A stretch of DNA of 61,198 nt, the filler included, from Squatina squatina (lineage: Eukaryota), in assembly GCA_031763465.1 (NCBI GenBank). It is 3 parts of 3 records of this genome, joined end to end, with 100 filler letters (N's around TTAATTAATTAA, not from the genome) between each part and the next. Parts side by side here need not be neighbours in the genome. Positions count along the whole stretch, not along the records: positions 1 to 14,956 come from JARFOE010000080.1; 2 more parts are not named here. One strand, 5' to 3'. A program made the translations under genes and the position numbers. Below are positions 1 through 13,012 of the stretch, piece after piece. Position 1 is the stretch's first letter, and every line of letters begins with the position of its first letter. Under the pieces are notes generated by a model, which worked only from the letters and a program-made list of their open reading frames with translations, was not told the DNA's origin and searched no databases.

Positions 1-1640
1 AACTGGCAATGCTGGAGCAGAAATGCCTCCACAAACTCCAGCCATAGGAAGGCCATTACAGAGTAGTGCCAAGGAGATTTGCAGCCCATCTCCAGCACTA
101 TCAGCAGCAGTCAAGTTTGCCATGGCCCTGAAATTTTCCAACTCCAGCTCCTTCCAGATTAGCTGAGAGGTCATCAGCAGTATTATCTAATATATTGTCC
201 ACATATGTGTCAAGACAGGTAACCTTTAAGCAGCAACAGCAGTAGGACAGGGTTGCCCAATTTTACTGCACTGTTGAGATTTCCCAAGATACACTATGTA
301 ATTGTTGGCACTCACGAAACTAAACAGGCCTCTAAGCAAAATGCCCAACTGAAAGAGGTTCTAATCCATCAGTGTATAGCTAGCCAGTGGCCCACCAACA
401 TTGTACAATAGACACTTCCTAGGCAGTAGTCACAATGCTTTAATTATAAGAATCATCTGTGCCAAGCTTATTCGAAGGTAATGACAGACTGGAAGGATGA
501 CGCCTCTGGTACAAAAGCTTCCCTCTGCAGCCTTGGCTATTGGTAGAAGCGGAACATGGATAAAAGACCCATGCTGCTACCAAGGTGGATCTACTAAGTA
601 AACGCTTCTGTCTTATTATTGGAAGTATGCCACTTCTTCATTGACATTATCAAGTGGAATTAGTGCTGCATCACTGTAAAAAATAAAATCTCTGGCACAA
701 TTATCTGGCCTCCTAGCTTGGAAGATAGAAATGGATAACAAAAAAGGGAAGAAAAATATATTTTTCTTGAGGATGAATAGTGTGTTGTGCTAGAATGTAA
801 GTTCCACCTGCTCTCCGCCACCTCTGAAAAGGAAATACATGGCTGCAGAAACTTGATCAAGCAGATAACAAGCTTTCCTTGGTGTAGGTTTACGGGGGTT
901 CCAGTGCAATGTAGAAGCGCTGAAAAGAAATTTCAATTGTCACTGAGCCAAGTCTTTACATTGGCATTGAGCTGGAGGAACAGCACTTTTAACAGGTCGT
1001 GCCAGGTTCGGGTTCAATGGGCTTGACTGAGGTTGAATTGAACTGTACTCAGACACTGTTCCTGGGCTGTTCATTCATCCATGCTTAGTGGCTCTTTCCC
1101 ACCAACCAACAGAAAAATAAAACGTCTCGTTCCCTACAAATCAGTTCTACCTTCAAACTAAGATAACACATGGTGGCATTAAGGTATTGTGAAACTCTGG
1201 AAGGTGCTTGCAACTTCACGATATCTTCATTTTCACATTTATAAAGTTTTAATGAGCAATGCCACTTTCTGAACATAATTATGAAGCTCACTTCTGGCAG
1301 GACGCAGAGTACAGAGTTCACAGATGCTTACGGATTTGATAAATAGTTGCGTTGCCATGGTTATGCAACAGCTGCTGCAGTTGTCACGCCTACCCTGAGT
1401 GAGCATGTCTGCAGACTGTGGCAGGTGCATCCCATGGTTCAGGCGACTATTTATTTAGCTATGACACTAATTTCATTGTCTAATTCCAGCTCAACTCTTA
1501 ACAAACATCTGTTAGCGGAACACGAAGGAATTTAGATGCANNNNNNNNNNNNNNNNNNNNNNNNNNNNNNNNNNNNNNNNNNNNNNNNNNNNNNNNNNNN
1601 NNNNNNNNNNNNNNNNNNNNNNNNNNNNNNNNNNNNNNNN

Positions 1641-1935
1641 TAATCGAGGTGTTCGGGGGTTTATATATAGAATAACAGATACCCGGGAGTGAGTTACAGG
1701 CTGGAATCTAATCGAGGGGTTTGGAGGATTTACATATACAGACACCTGGCTGCGCAGTGCTCTGGAGCTGCCGCACAGGCACCTCGCTGGCTATTATGTG
1801 GATGTTGGATTACGTGTGTGAAAATGTGAATGTGAATGGGTGGCGCAGCCAGTCAAAGAAACCGAGCCCGAAACAAATTTTGACGGAGCTTTGCATGGGA
1901 GTGAGTTACAGGCTGGAATCTAGTGAAGTGGTCAT
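1641..1935. repeat. ~68-bp tandem repeat remnant (GGGAGTGAGTTACAGGCTGGAATCTAATCGAGGGG...)
   Basis: TAATCGAGG recurs at 1641 and 1709 (68-bp period). GGGAGTGAGTTACAGGCTGGAATCTA recurs at ~1685 and ~1897 with unrelated sequence in between. The array runs into the N gap on the left. Confidence 0.7.
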
Positions 1936-2669
1936 GGGATTATAGAGATTTCTCCATTACCCCATGGCCCTCAGGATGATGAATGTCTCTCCCTCGACAG
2001 ACACACCAACACTGCGCAGTAACTTTCCACAGGACAGTTGACAAGCGAGAATTCTACATTTCGTGTGGCCAGGGTCAGACTCATCCAGATGTTAAGTGAC
2101 TTAAATAAGATTGACGCTCGATACACTGACACTGGGCTGCTCCGCGAGGCTGCCAACAGGTACTGCCACTGAAGCCCTTCTGTCGGTTTAATAACTGTCT
2201 GGGTCCCAATGTGTTTCCCCTTTGTTCTCGCTCACGTCTCTGACTGAGCTGCCAGACCAAACAAGGTCAAATGTTACTGCGGTGCCATGAGGGATCATAT
2301 ACTACACGGCTCGAGGGTCACAAATGCCAGAGGTTGAAGATGAAAGGTCACCCCATCACTATTCCCCCTCCTCCCCCCCAACTCCACTGCCCTGTGTGTC
2401 TAGTCTCAGCCACACTGCTGGGCTTAAAGCAGAGGCAAGATTTCTGCTGACAGGAAGGACAGAAAGTTAGACAGAAAGTATCTTCTCGAGGCTCGGTGAC
2501 AAGTTGTTCTGGTTGAAGCCTGGGAGCAGATTCCCTGCCTGCCCACCTAGTTGTAGGAAGTATCTGGCCGAGTGAGACCTGGATTGAGAGAAAAATAGAG
2601 ACTTCAGACCCACCCAAAAAAAACACAATTATTGTGTAAAACTGCAGTATTACCAAGTGTACACCAGCA

Positions 2670-2962
2670 TAGGGTGACCAGATGTCCCGTTTTTTGAGGA
2701 AGTGCCCCGGTGTCCCTACACTTACCTCAAAACTGCTCAACTGTCCTGTTTTTCTTGTGCCCACTCGAGTGCGCATGCGCAGTCCCAGTGAAGAACTGAC
2801 TGCACAAGCGCAGTACCGCCGAAGAACGCACTGCACATGCGCAGTATCGGCGAAGAACGAACTTTCCGTCGAAGAACGGACTGCGCATGCGCAGCGGAGA
2901 CCGGGCTGCGCACGTGCAGTCTGATTGGCCCAGTTTGGGACTCTTCCAACCTGGTCATCCTA
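2670..2962. mobile_element. Non-autonomous hAT-type DNA transposon (MITE), Blackjack-like termini
   Basis: Terminal inverted repeats TAGGGTGACCAG (2670) and CTGGTCATCCTA (2951-2962). Flanking 8-mers CACCAGCA and CAATAGCA match at 6/8, consistent with an 8-bp hAT target-site duplication. Confidence 0.75.
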
Positions 2963-5429
2963 CAATAGCAGCTATTAGAAACTGTACTTACTTTTTCAAA
3001 TCATTTGTATGCCCCTTTTTCATATTTTGATGGCAATCTCTCAATATTTAGGGTAGTTCAGCCACGGATGTCATTTGTTTCTTTGCTACAAGCCTTTAAT
3101 GGCATTGAAATTTACAGCACAATAGCAAAATGGTGGTACCAATGCAGAGTGGCATTTTGTATCTGTGTAAGTGCTTAGTAAAGGAATACACTAATCCAAA
3201 ACCAAAATGGTGTAATTTTCCGCCTTGCTACTTATCCAATGCAGTCAAATGTTATTGCCTCATATACTCTCTCACTTGAATAAACTCCGTCCATTCCTTT
3301 CTCTGCCCCACACCTACTTTTTATGACTTGAATTAGTTGCCATGTGGTAGCTATTATATGCACCATGTATTTAATTATGATATGGTATCAATATTGTTTT
3401 TTTTATATTCCTACAAAGTCATAATACAACTAACATAACGAAGAGGTAAGTGTGCATATTAAAATTGAGTATATACCCAAATGACAGGGTATTTTACTCA
3501 CCTCTGTTTACTTTTATGGCAAACATTATTGTAGTAACAGCTGCCTTAGATAAATATGCTACCAGATATATATGTGTCATAAATAATGATGATGATAAAA
3601 ATGATAGTCCGAAGCATGAAATAATTCTGAGTCTATTCTTCTTCCAATCTNNNNNNNNNNNNNNNNNNNNNNNNNNNNNNNNNNNNNNNNNNNNNNNNNN
3701 NNNNNNNNNNNNNNNNNNNNNNNNNNNNNNNNNNNNNNNNNNNNNNNNNNTTTTCTATGTTTCTATATAAGCATTGAGCAGATGAAGTCATCAGTGTCAC
3801 ATCATTGTCTAAGAGTAACAGACAATATGTAATGCGAAAATAAGGTTCCTGAAGCCAGATTACTTCGTCTTTGTATATTCTTCTTCTGAATGGAAAAAAA
3901 ATTAGTTTCAGTCCAGTTCCTGTCATCCACCCATATGCATAAGCAAACAATGATGATAAGTAACTATGCACATTTTAAGCTTTCCTTGTCTGTGTACTTG
4001 GAAGGGATGTTTGCACACACTTACCTGTGTAGTCACATATCAGAGGTCCCTCAATATCCGCCCCAAAGCAAATAGCCTTTTTATGATTTTTTGTCACATC
4101 ATTGCAATTGTTCATGCAGTCACCATGGAGTTTCTGGGCCTGCCGGATATGAACAGCCTCCGTAGCCACTTGGGAAAGAATGTACCGGGGAGAGACAGGA
4201 TACCTTGGCAAACAAAGCCCAAAGAGTAACCTTATAGGGGGAGGAGGATGGAAATGCAGTCACTATTATTGTGTACTGTGAAACCAGTCAATCTAAAAAC
4301 AAATAGAAAAAGCATTAGGGCCTTGGCAAAGTAATAATTTAAATATATATAATTAGTAATCCTTACTGTTCATAAATTTTAGCCCTTTATCATCTCAGCA
4401 ATAATATATCAGAGATCACAAATAAAGAGTCAAAATGTATATGCAGCATTTTGTTAGAGGTGTTCAGCAATCCTTTCAATGCGTCCATTTGAACTTAATA
4501 TTAAAATCCAGTTTTTAACACTGACATGCTGAAATTAATTCCTGTGAAAGACTTCTGTGTTTATATTTGCTGGATGTGTTGTTTTATTGCCTTTATTAAT
4601 CATTATTTTCTGACATTTTGACATTTTGATATAAATTACTAATTTTTAAAACAGAAGTTAGTCAGAAGAAAAACATTTACTGAGCAAAGGCAAAGTTAAC
4701 ATCAGATGTCACTCAATTCAATGCATCATAGACAGAGGTGCATTGCCCATCTTCCATCTCGGCTCATGAGTCATGTATTTGTTTTCCTGTGTGGGACTTT
4801 CTCACTATATACGTGTATCTCTCTGTTTTTGTATTTGTGAGTATGTCTCGTTCTGTTTTTAGATCTGTTTGACTTTTTCATAATGAACCAAGATGAGGAG
4901 ACAAGGGCCGATTATTGTGCAAGATACTACCAAGGTTTAAAAGAGAAAAACAAAAGTAACAGTGTGGTTCTGTCCTGTCAGACCCCTCGGATGCCTGCAC
5001 ATATAGCAGAAAGCAGCCAGAATTAAGCTGGCCTCTGCAGCAGCAGGTGAATCACAGACTGCAGCAAAGTCCCTTTGGTATCGCTCCTGTCCTGAGATAA
5101 GAGCCACAATAATCCCAAAAGGATCCTGAAGGAAAATACCAGCCGGCCACCTCACATCATTCTGTGATTGCAAAAGCACCATGGAGCATCAATATTTGGA
5201 TAGGAGCTTCCATGCTGACCTCACTTGGGGAAGAAAGTCACAAGTCATGTTGTTAGGGGCGGGAATGTGGCGCTGTTGCATTTTCTGACTCCACCCACCC
5301 CAAAACATGTTCGTAAAATAAGCAGAAAATTCAGGCTTCTTAACTCCTGTGTAATTTTCTGTATTAGTGGCTGATCTGCCTGTTTCTGCCAGTGTGATCC
5401 TAGAAACAGTCCTAGTTATCTTTAGTTCT

Positions 5430-6000
5430 AATGGCTTTGTATTAGTTTATCCACTTTCTCACCTTTAGTCCCAACCTTTGCCATTGGCAGACAATTCTTT
5501 TACTATAGGAAGAACTGTCCATTTTTATACCTTTAAACATCCGACTATCATTACCCTCGCTTATCCTTTTTCAAGCTTTGCTTTCTCCCTAATTCCTCTA
5601 ATCTATATTGTTTGGTTTCATCTTCCTACCTGAAACTTTTTTCAACCCTTCTATTCTCTGCAGTACTCAATTGATCATTTCGCATTACTGCTTCTCTTTA
5701 CTGGTACTCACTGCTTTTTCTACCTTTTTCATTTAGCAAACAGGTACTTTGTGCAACTCATTTAAGTAGTCCACCCCCTCATCTGTCTCACCTACTGCAT
5801 CCAACAAAAGCCATGCATTGTTAACGAATAGTTCACATTCATTGATCTCCCAACCCACATCAACCCTACTGTAGGGTCCCTTCAGAACTTTAATTTGAAG
5901 ACACTTCTTACAGCAGAAGTTGTGTCTGACCTCCACAGTTCTAACTACTAGAAACACACCACAACCCACCAAAGCTGTGAGGTACATTTCATGCTTCACC
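5430..6000 (-). mobile_element. Degenerate CR1 LINE ORF1 remnant
   Basis: Minus ORF 5733-5999 has GCGVF...FCCKKCLQIKVL, resembling the Cys-rich N-terminus of CR1 ORF1. A downstream RVMIVG segment resembles the start of the esterase domain. Heavily decayed. Confidence 0.35.
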
Positions 6001-9000
6001 TCCTATGTTACTAAGCTTGAATTACAGTCCTAGGGACAACTTTCACCTCTTTCAGTCATGAGTGGAGGAATGCCAGTGGGGAAAGACTATCCAATAATGG
6101 ATCCGTTGGACATTTAGGAAAGAATGAATATGGCAGCTACCTGTTCTCATCTTCACTCAGGTTAACATCTACAAATATATGTAAATTAAGTAATATCTCC
6201 TTATTATTGGGAAGTAGAATTCAAAATGGATTCAATTACTTCCGAAATCTAACTTTCAATTGCCAGTGTAAACATGCCAAATTCTGTACTCTCAATCTGT
6301 CCTGGTATAATGCTTCCTCTGCCCTCCTNNNNNNNNNNNNNNNNNNNNNNNNNNNNNNNNNNNNNNNNNNNNNNNNNNNNNNNNNNNNNNNNNNNNNNNN
6401 NNNNNNNNNNNNNNNNNNNNNNNNNNNNGTAAAATTGTGGTTAAAAACATGATAACAGCAAGTAAGTTTTTATAGGCAGGAAGCGCATGGAGATATAAGT
6501 TACTTAATATATTATAGGTGATCAATCCTTAAAGGCACAGAAAAAAGGATCCTTGCACTTTGAAAACAAAAACTAAAGGGTGTACATAAAGTACAAATCC
6601 AAGTACTAACAAACTCAGCTAATAAGGACCTCAAACCCTCACACAGGGTGGACTTTACATTTTTAACATAGCCATGGAAAATTGTTATTGCACAGCACAT
6701 GTAGGGAGCCTGCACAAACATCCAGTTCTTATAGGTTAAGTGAGATAAATTAGCATACTGGAGCCTCACTGTTCTCAGCAAGGAGCCTGGAGCACACCAT
6801 TGACTGGCAGCTGCAACAGCCGTCAGAACTGGATCCACTCAGCAATTACCAGTTCGGAAATGTCTTTGCCTTGATTGTGACAGACAGAAACCAACTGTGC
6901 TTTGATAGTGAGGAGGAATGGGCAAGCCAGGCCTCGGAGAGTAAAATCTACGTACAACCAGCTGCAGCCTGCAGGTCACACTTCCATGTTAGCAAAACGA
7001 TGTTATTCAATATTTGCCAAACATTGAAGTGATTCATCACCGCGCATAAGTGGATCTAAAATTTCTGTAATGGCCTGCGCAAGATTAACAGTAGGTATCG
7101 AGTTCCCACTGCGCTGACCCAGTTGGGAAACAAAACAGCGGGAGGCCAGTTGGAAAGGCACACACAGCGGTGGCTACTTTCAAATGTCAGCTCCCCACAC
7201 CCAGTATGTGAAAGGTAAATGTATTCACAGAAGTTGGTGAACTCCTTCGAAATCCAATAACATCAGTTTGTACCATAAAGTATGCTGGTGGCATATACTG
7301 AGTGCAAGTCAGGGTGCCTAACCTAGTGCCTACTAAGAAGGGTGACCAATAATAAATATTGTGCTCTGGAATTACTCAGTAGTTTGGCGCCGTTAATTGT
7401 CGTGTTCTGTGGAAAAAAAATGAAAGCTTCAGGTCTACAGTATAAACAATACATTGAAATTTTATATTGCTTTGTCGCAAAAGCATGCAATGATTTACAC
7501 ATAATTAATAAAAGAAAGCTATCTATTTGTATTTTATTAAGGCATCATACTTTAGCTTCTCTAATATGTCAACACATTCTATGAGGCAGATCAAATAAGA
7601 CTAATCCATGTTAGGAAGATAAAAGTATTTTAATCAACTAGGTTTACATCATGTAATCCTTCTATTATTGTATTAGGTGACAGCAAATTTACAAGTGGCA
7701 CCTCTCAAACAAAACATTTTCCTCGCTGCTTTTTCTGATGTTTTATGACCCCTGATCCAAATATTACTACCACTATTACACCATAAAGTGAAACATTTAT
7801 TGGCCATTCCAAGGAAAATGAAATGGTGGTTGTGTTCATAATTCATTTCTTTTTTTAAAGTGTAATTTTATACTTTTTAATATGTAGTAAATCAAACTCT
7901 TAAAGATGATTTTCTTTGGTGGGGGGTGGGGTGCAGTGCGTGGTGNNNNNNNNNNNNNNNNNNNNNNNNNNNNNNNNNNNNNNNNNNNNNNNNNNNNNNN
8001 NNNNNNNNNNNNNNNNNNNNNNNNNNNNNNNNNNNNNNNNNNNNNAATGAAGTGGAGAATTAAGGTGACAGACGACTGGAAGTTCAGGATCACGTTTCCC
8101 TTACTGTTTGCCATCGAGGATTTTCCCATATATAATAGTTATGAAATATGCAGCATGATTTGAAATCCAGCAAAACAGTAGAAGGCAACTCAGGGCAATG
8201 AGTCAATGCATTCTTAAAAGATAACCTTACAGCCCTGAAGACAAGAGTAAGGTAGAAACATGACTTTATTTCAAACCGCCCCTTCATCATCTACATATAT
8301 ATCAAAATGTCTGCTGCATTTTTTTGCACTAATTTATCATACAAGTAGCTACATATCAGATGATACATAATATACTGTACGTTGGGTTTCCCATAGTAAC
8401 AGAAGCAACAAGAACCCAAAAGAACAAAAAACAAGAGCAGCAGTCCAACCCAAGCAACATTCCTGAGGCAGGGACACCATCACTCTATACTCTGTCAACA
8501 TTAAATAAAAAGGTAAAACATAAAACACCATTCATGTCTTTACCTTAAAAAATGTAACCCATAATAAGTAAGAATCTGCCTGTTAGGACCTCGGGTTCTG
8601 CCACATACAGTAAATGATAAGCCACCATTCAAANNNNNNNNNNNNNNNNNNNNNNNNNNNNNNNNNNNNNNNNNNNNNNNNNNNNNNNNNNNNNNNNNNN
8701 NNNNNNNNNNNNNNNNNNNNNNNNNNNNNNGCACATTGTTTCTTTCATAACCACCGGAGCTTGCACTGAGTTTTCACAATGGGATCGAATCTCTCCTCAA
8801 CTGGGCAATGGGGAAGAAGGGCCCTGCTCATGAAGCTGATGATATGAGAGGAACAAGGCTGATGTAAGATGCAGAGATACGGGGTGCGTGAGTCCACGGC
8901 TACGTCTGTGGGTGTACACTGACTGTCGGTACGAAGGCAAATGTGGAAGCCGTTTTGCATGCTGCATGACCATCCATTACAGAACGGAATGAGGTAGCTT

Positions 9001-9339
9001 ATGTGTGGATGCAGGTGTTTTTAATTTTTTTTAAGAGCACAAACACCGGCAAAGACTAATTGGGCCACAATGGCCTGATTCTGCGCTGTCAATTTTATGT
9101 AATTCCAAATGTTTGAAACTTAATTCAAGTCCTCAAAGTGTGGGGTTTAAACCCACGTTCTCTAGTCCAGTAACAAATGCACGACACTACTGTGCCCATG
9201 CTAGTGAGTTAGCAATTACTGAAGAGGTATGTGAGTGCTGAACGGACCAATTTTATTTCGTTCCTGCTTCTGTGTCCAGGACCACACTTCTCAACTGTGA
9301 ATCTTTCCAATTTCTTCTGAACAGTTCAAATACATCAAA

Positions 9340-10980
9340 TTATACAAACATTAGACCATGGAAACAGGCTATTCTGGCCGATAATTCAGTATTGTTGTTT
9401 ATCCTCTCTATGAGCAAGAGTTCTAATTCACATACCTGGCCTGTTCCCATATCCCTTTATTCCTCAAATCACTCCATAATCTCCTCTGTAGTATACAAAC
9501 ATCCCCAATTTTTCAAGTTTTTCTTTGTATTTGCATTCCCTCTTCCCAGGCAGCATTCCAATGAATCTGTGCTCTATTGACTCAACATCGCTCCTATGGT
9601 ATGGAGCTCAAAACTCACATAGTACTCCAACTATGGTCCTATTAAGGTTTTATATAGATTCACCATTACATCTCTACTTTTATATTCTACACCTCTTGTC
9701 ATAAAACCTGGCATTCCATTAGATTTTTTTTTAATGGCCTTAACCACTTGAAGTGTTGCTTTTAATATCTTGTGACCCTAAACTCCAGAACCATTCCACA
9801 TTACCTCGCCTGTTCCCATCAAAGTAGAATTACTTTTATTTAGTTTTTTGTTTTACCATGTACTATCTCACGTTTACTGATATTGAATTCCACTTTTCCC
9901 AGTCTTCATCTTATTAATATCTCTTTGCAGCTTTCTTTGGTCCTCAGATTTATTTTCTATGCCTCCTGTTTTATTATCTTCTGCAAATTTGGACACCACT
10001 GTCTCTAGTCCATATCCCAAATATTTATGTGCACAGTGAACAGAAGTGGTCCCAGAACAGAATCCTGTGGGACACTGCTACCATCTTCCATCCACTCTGA
10101 GAAACTATCCTTCACTCCTATTCTCTGCTTCCTCCCTTCAAACCAGTTTTTAATTAAATTTGCTACCATTCCCCTAATCCCATACCCCTTAATCTTCTCC
10201 AGTAGTCTCCTATGTGGTATCTTGTCAAAGACTTTCTAAAAGTTCATGTACACCACATCCACTGCATTTCCCCTAATTATCATATTCATAACGTCCTCAA
10301 AGAACTAAACTATTAATCCTGATATTCCTTTGTTAGCTGTCTCTAATTACTTTTTCTTCATCCAGAAATTTAGCAGTTTCATCTAAATTTCAAAATGTTC
10401 CCCAACACAGATGTTAAACTAACTGGCTTGTAATTACCTGGGGTTAGTTCCGTCTGCCTTTTTAAAAATGGATATTAGATTGGCCACTTTCCAATCCACC
10501 CACGCACATCCATTCTCACTAGAACCTTAAAGTATAATTTATAAGGCCTCTGTTATTTTTTCCCCTATTTTCCTCAGGAGTCTTGGATTTATCAGCACTT
10601 TGTTCTCCTTTAGTTTAATTAGCTTCTCTAATACTTTTATTTATGATGATATTTCTTATCCTGCTTTTAGCCAATTCAGGGTTTATGGCTCCCAATATCT
10701 GATGTGAAGTCCTTGTTAATTATTGCCAGCAATCTCCTAACATTATTCTCTCCTGTCTCACATTTAGCAATTTGCAGAATACTTTAATTTTCCACTTAAT
10801 AACCTTTGAGATTCTCTTCACACATTTCCTCTTTGCTTTCTATCTCCCTCTCTTAACCTCTTTCTTTATTTTCCTATATTCTCATCATACTTTTATTGTA
10901 CCCCAATGCCTTCATCTTCAATTAGTTTATTTCTAACCTCTTTATTTGTTAACAGCACCTTGAAATTGAAGAGTATACCT
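9340..10980 (-). mobile_element. Old CR1-clade LINE fragment (RT and 3' end)
   Basis: Minus strand reads SSVPQDSVLGPLLFTVHIN (~10025-10080) and VSKFAEDN (~9970-9998), which are decayed PQGSVLGP and FADD RT motifs. Many stops; boundaries approximate. Confidence 0.8.
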
Positions 10981-11699
10981 TTTTAAATTATATATATTCC
11001 TATTCTGCACTTTTGCCCCTGAATAGCATAGAGCCCTACTTATTAAGTTATAATCATTTCATTCCTTCATTAGCTTTCAATCATGTGGCCTTACATGATC
11101 TTTGCTGCTGTCATGGGAAATTGAGAGAAGGCTGTGCTGACCTCCATAAGGGAGGAACAATGGGGATGTGGGATGATCGGATAGACACTGGACATTGAAG
11201 CCATACATGTGCAATGACATGAAAGGCTGCACATGTGTTGATGTACAAAAAAAAACATCAGGAAGCAAGGCACAGCTGAACAAGGCAAGCTCCAAGTAAG
11301 GAGTAAAACCTAACCCCCTAAGCCCTGAGGGAGCATGGGTCTCTTGAAGGAAACATATTGGATGAATTTCCAACAGGACATAACAATTTTATGGGCAAGT
11401 TTAAAGACTTTTATAAGTGATTAAAGTTTTTATGTGTTTATGTTATGAATTTTATGGTTATCGGGCTGAAGAAACAAAATGGCACTCAAAGAAATTAGAA
11501 AGAAACTGTTTGAGTGATTTGATTGCTTGGTTTTGTGTTTGTTGTTGATTCCAGATTGGTGGATTTAGGGGGGGGAAATGAACAATTTAATTGGTTGGTT
11601 TTGTGCAGATCGCTGGGTCCTGATTGGTAATGTTTATGTTCCTACCTGCCTAGCAACACCTGGACACTGGGCAAAACAACATGGTTAAGGGACAGAAAA

Positions 11700-11920
11700 A
11701 TGTAGTATGAATATGCTAACCATTTGCCCATTAATATCTTAAATCGTAATTTCCAGGCTTAATAATGGGAGAATTCCAATTTTCCAGATAGGAAGTAAAA
11801 CAACAGTGGAAAAACTAAGGAGAAATGCATATATCTGGAGGTAGTGCAGGATAGCTTCTTCACTCAATTTGTATAACAGCCAATGTGGGCAGAGGCTATT
11901 CTGGATCTATTCTAGTTTTG
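11700..11920 (+). mobile_element. CR1 LINE endonuclease fragment
   Basis: IMGEF and FTQFV*QPMWAEAILDLFLV resemble the APE-endonuclease motifs GDFN and FLxQxVxxPTRxxAILDLVL. Confidence 0.6.
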
Positions 11921-12018
11921 ATTTAGTAGCTGTTTTTTTAAATCCACTCATAGCGCATAAGCAGGTAACAAAATTGCCTGCAGTTTAAACTCTTGCACTG
12001 AGGTGATCTCAATACAAT

Positions 12019-12791
12019 GGGCCAGATTTTGTTGTCTAAATAATGGTGAGGCTAAGTGCACTCACCGTTTTTTATGCGTGAATGGTACAGCAACTTCAGA
12101 CGAGGGGCAGAGGCATAGTTAGATGCCAATAACCAAACGTTGCTGTCCGTGTTGCTGCGCTCCACTGTTAACTTCGCAAAAACGGTATTTTTCTGTCTGC
12201 CTCCCCATTGACGTGTATTGAATGTCGTGAAGTTGCTGTATTTGCACGGTAGATATGAACTAAGCCCGCCACAGGTATTTAGGGCTAGTAATTACAAGCG
12301 CAAGTGCCGATTTAATGATTGGGTTAGTGTTGATGACTGTCCATCAACCTCTCTGGCACCAGAAATTAACTAATTATAAGCGTGGAATTTTATTCCTTCA
12401 GGTTGTGACTTGTTTTAGGAGATTTTAAAAATGTCAAATTTTTAATTTTTACATTTTGTTTCTAACTTTTCCTTTCTGTCTTTTTTTCTCTCTTAATCTA
12501 ATCTTTCTTTCCCTCTCTTTCTGTACATAATTTGATATTGAATTCACCCTTTTTAATTCACCCACCTTCTCAGTCCTTCCAGTGTTTATTTTCCAATCCT
12601 TAAATCTCATTGGCTGAGGTGATACCCTCTTGGTTGCCCTATTCACTCATGTCCCAGATGCCCTGTTTCTCTCACTGCGCCATTATCAGCTCGCACTTTC
12701 AGAAACTTAGTGGGCAAAAACGTTTGGAGTTGAAGGGTGCAGGGGCAAGTGTAACGAATGGCAGATGCCCTATTACAGCAAAATCTAACCC
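12019..12791. mobile_element. PIF/Harbinger-like MITE
   Basis: Inverted termini GGGCCAGATTTTGTTGT and ACAGCAAAATCTAACCC with 3-bp AAT on both flanks. The internal part (~12340-12720) is similar to 48715-49070. Confidence 0.65.
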
Positions 12792-12892
12792 AATGTTGCA
12801 AGCTTTGCCTGTTATAGGGTTGAGAGGGGGAATAATGCAATCTTAAACACTGATGTGTAGTTAGTTTGGTTCTTTTTTAGATGTGAGTGATC

Positions 12893-13012
12893 AGATATTC
12901 TGCCCGAACTGGAGGAGAGGCATCCACGAAGGCGCCAGCCACTTCGAGCTTCTCCGGCGGGAGCACGTGGAGGCCAAGCGCAGGCAGCGGAAGGAGTGCA
13001 CGGAAACCCGAG
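12893..13012 (+). mobile_element. RTE LINE 3' fragment
   Basis: PNWRRGIHEGASHFELLRREHVEAKRRQRKE is nearly the same as the C-terminus of the RTE copy at 44800-44900. Confidence 0.8.

Noticed and set aside
8541-8633. Possible minus-strand exon (LNGGLSF...HFLR) with AG/GTAAAG donor
   Set aside because: No resemblance to CWC22 or ZNF385B sequences I know; too short to support.
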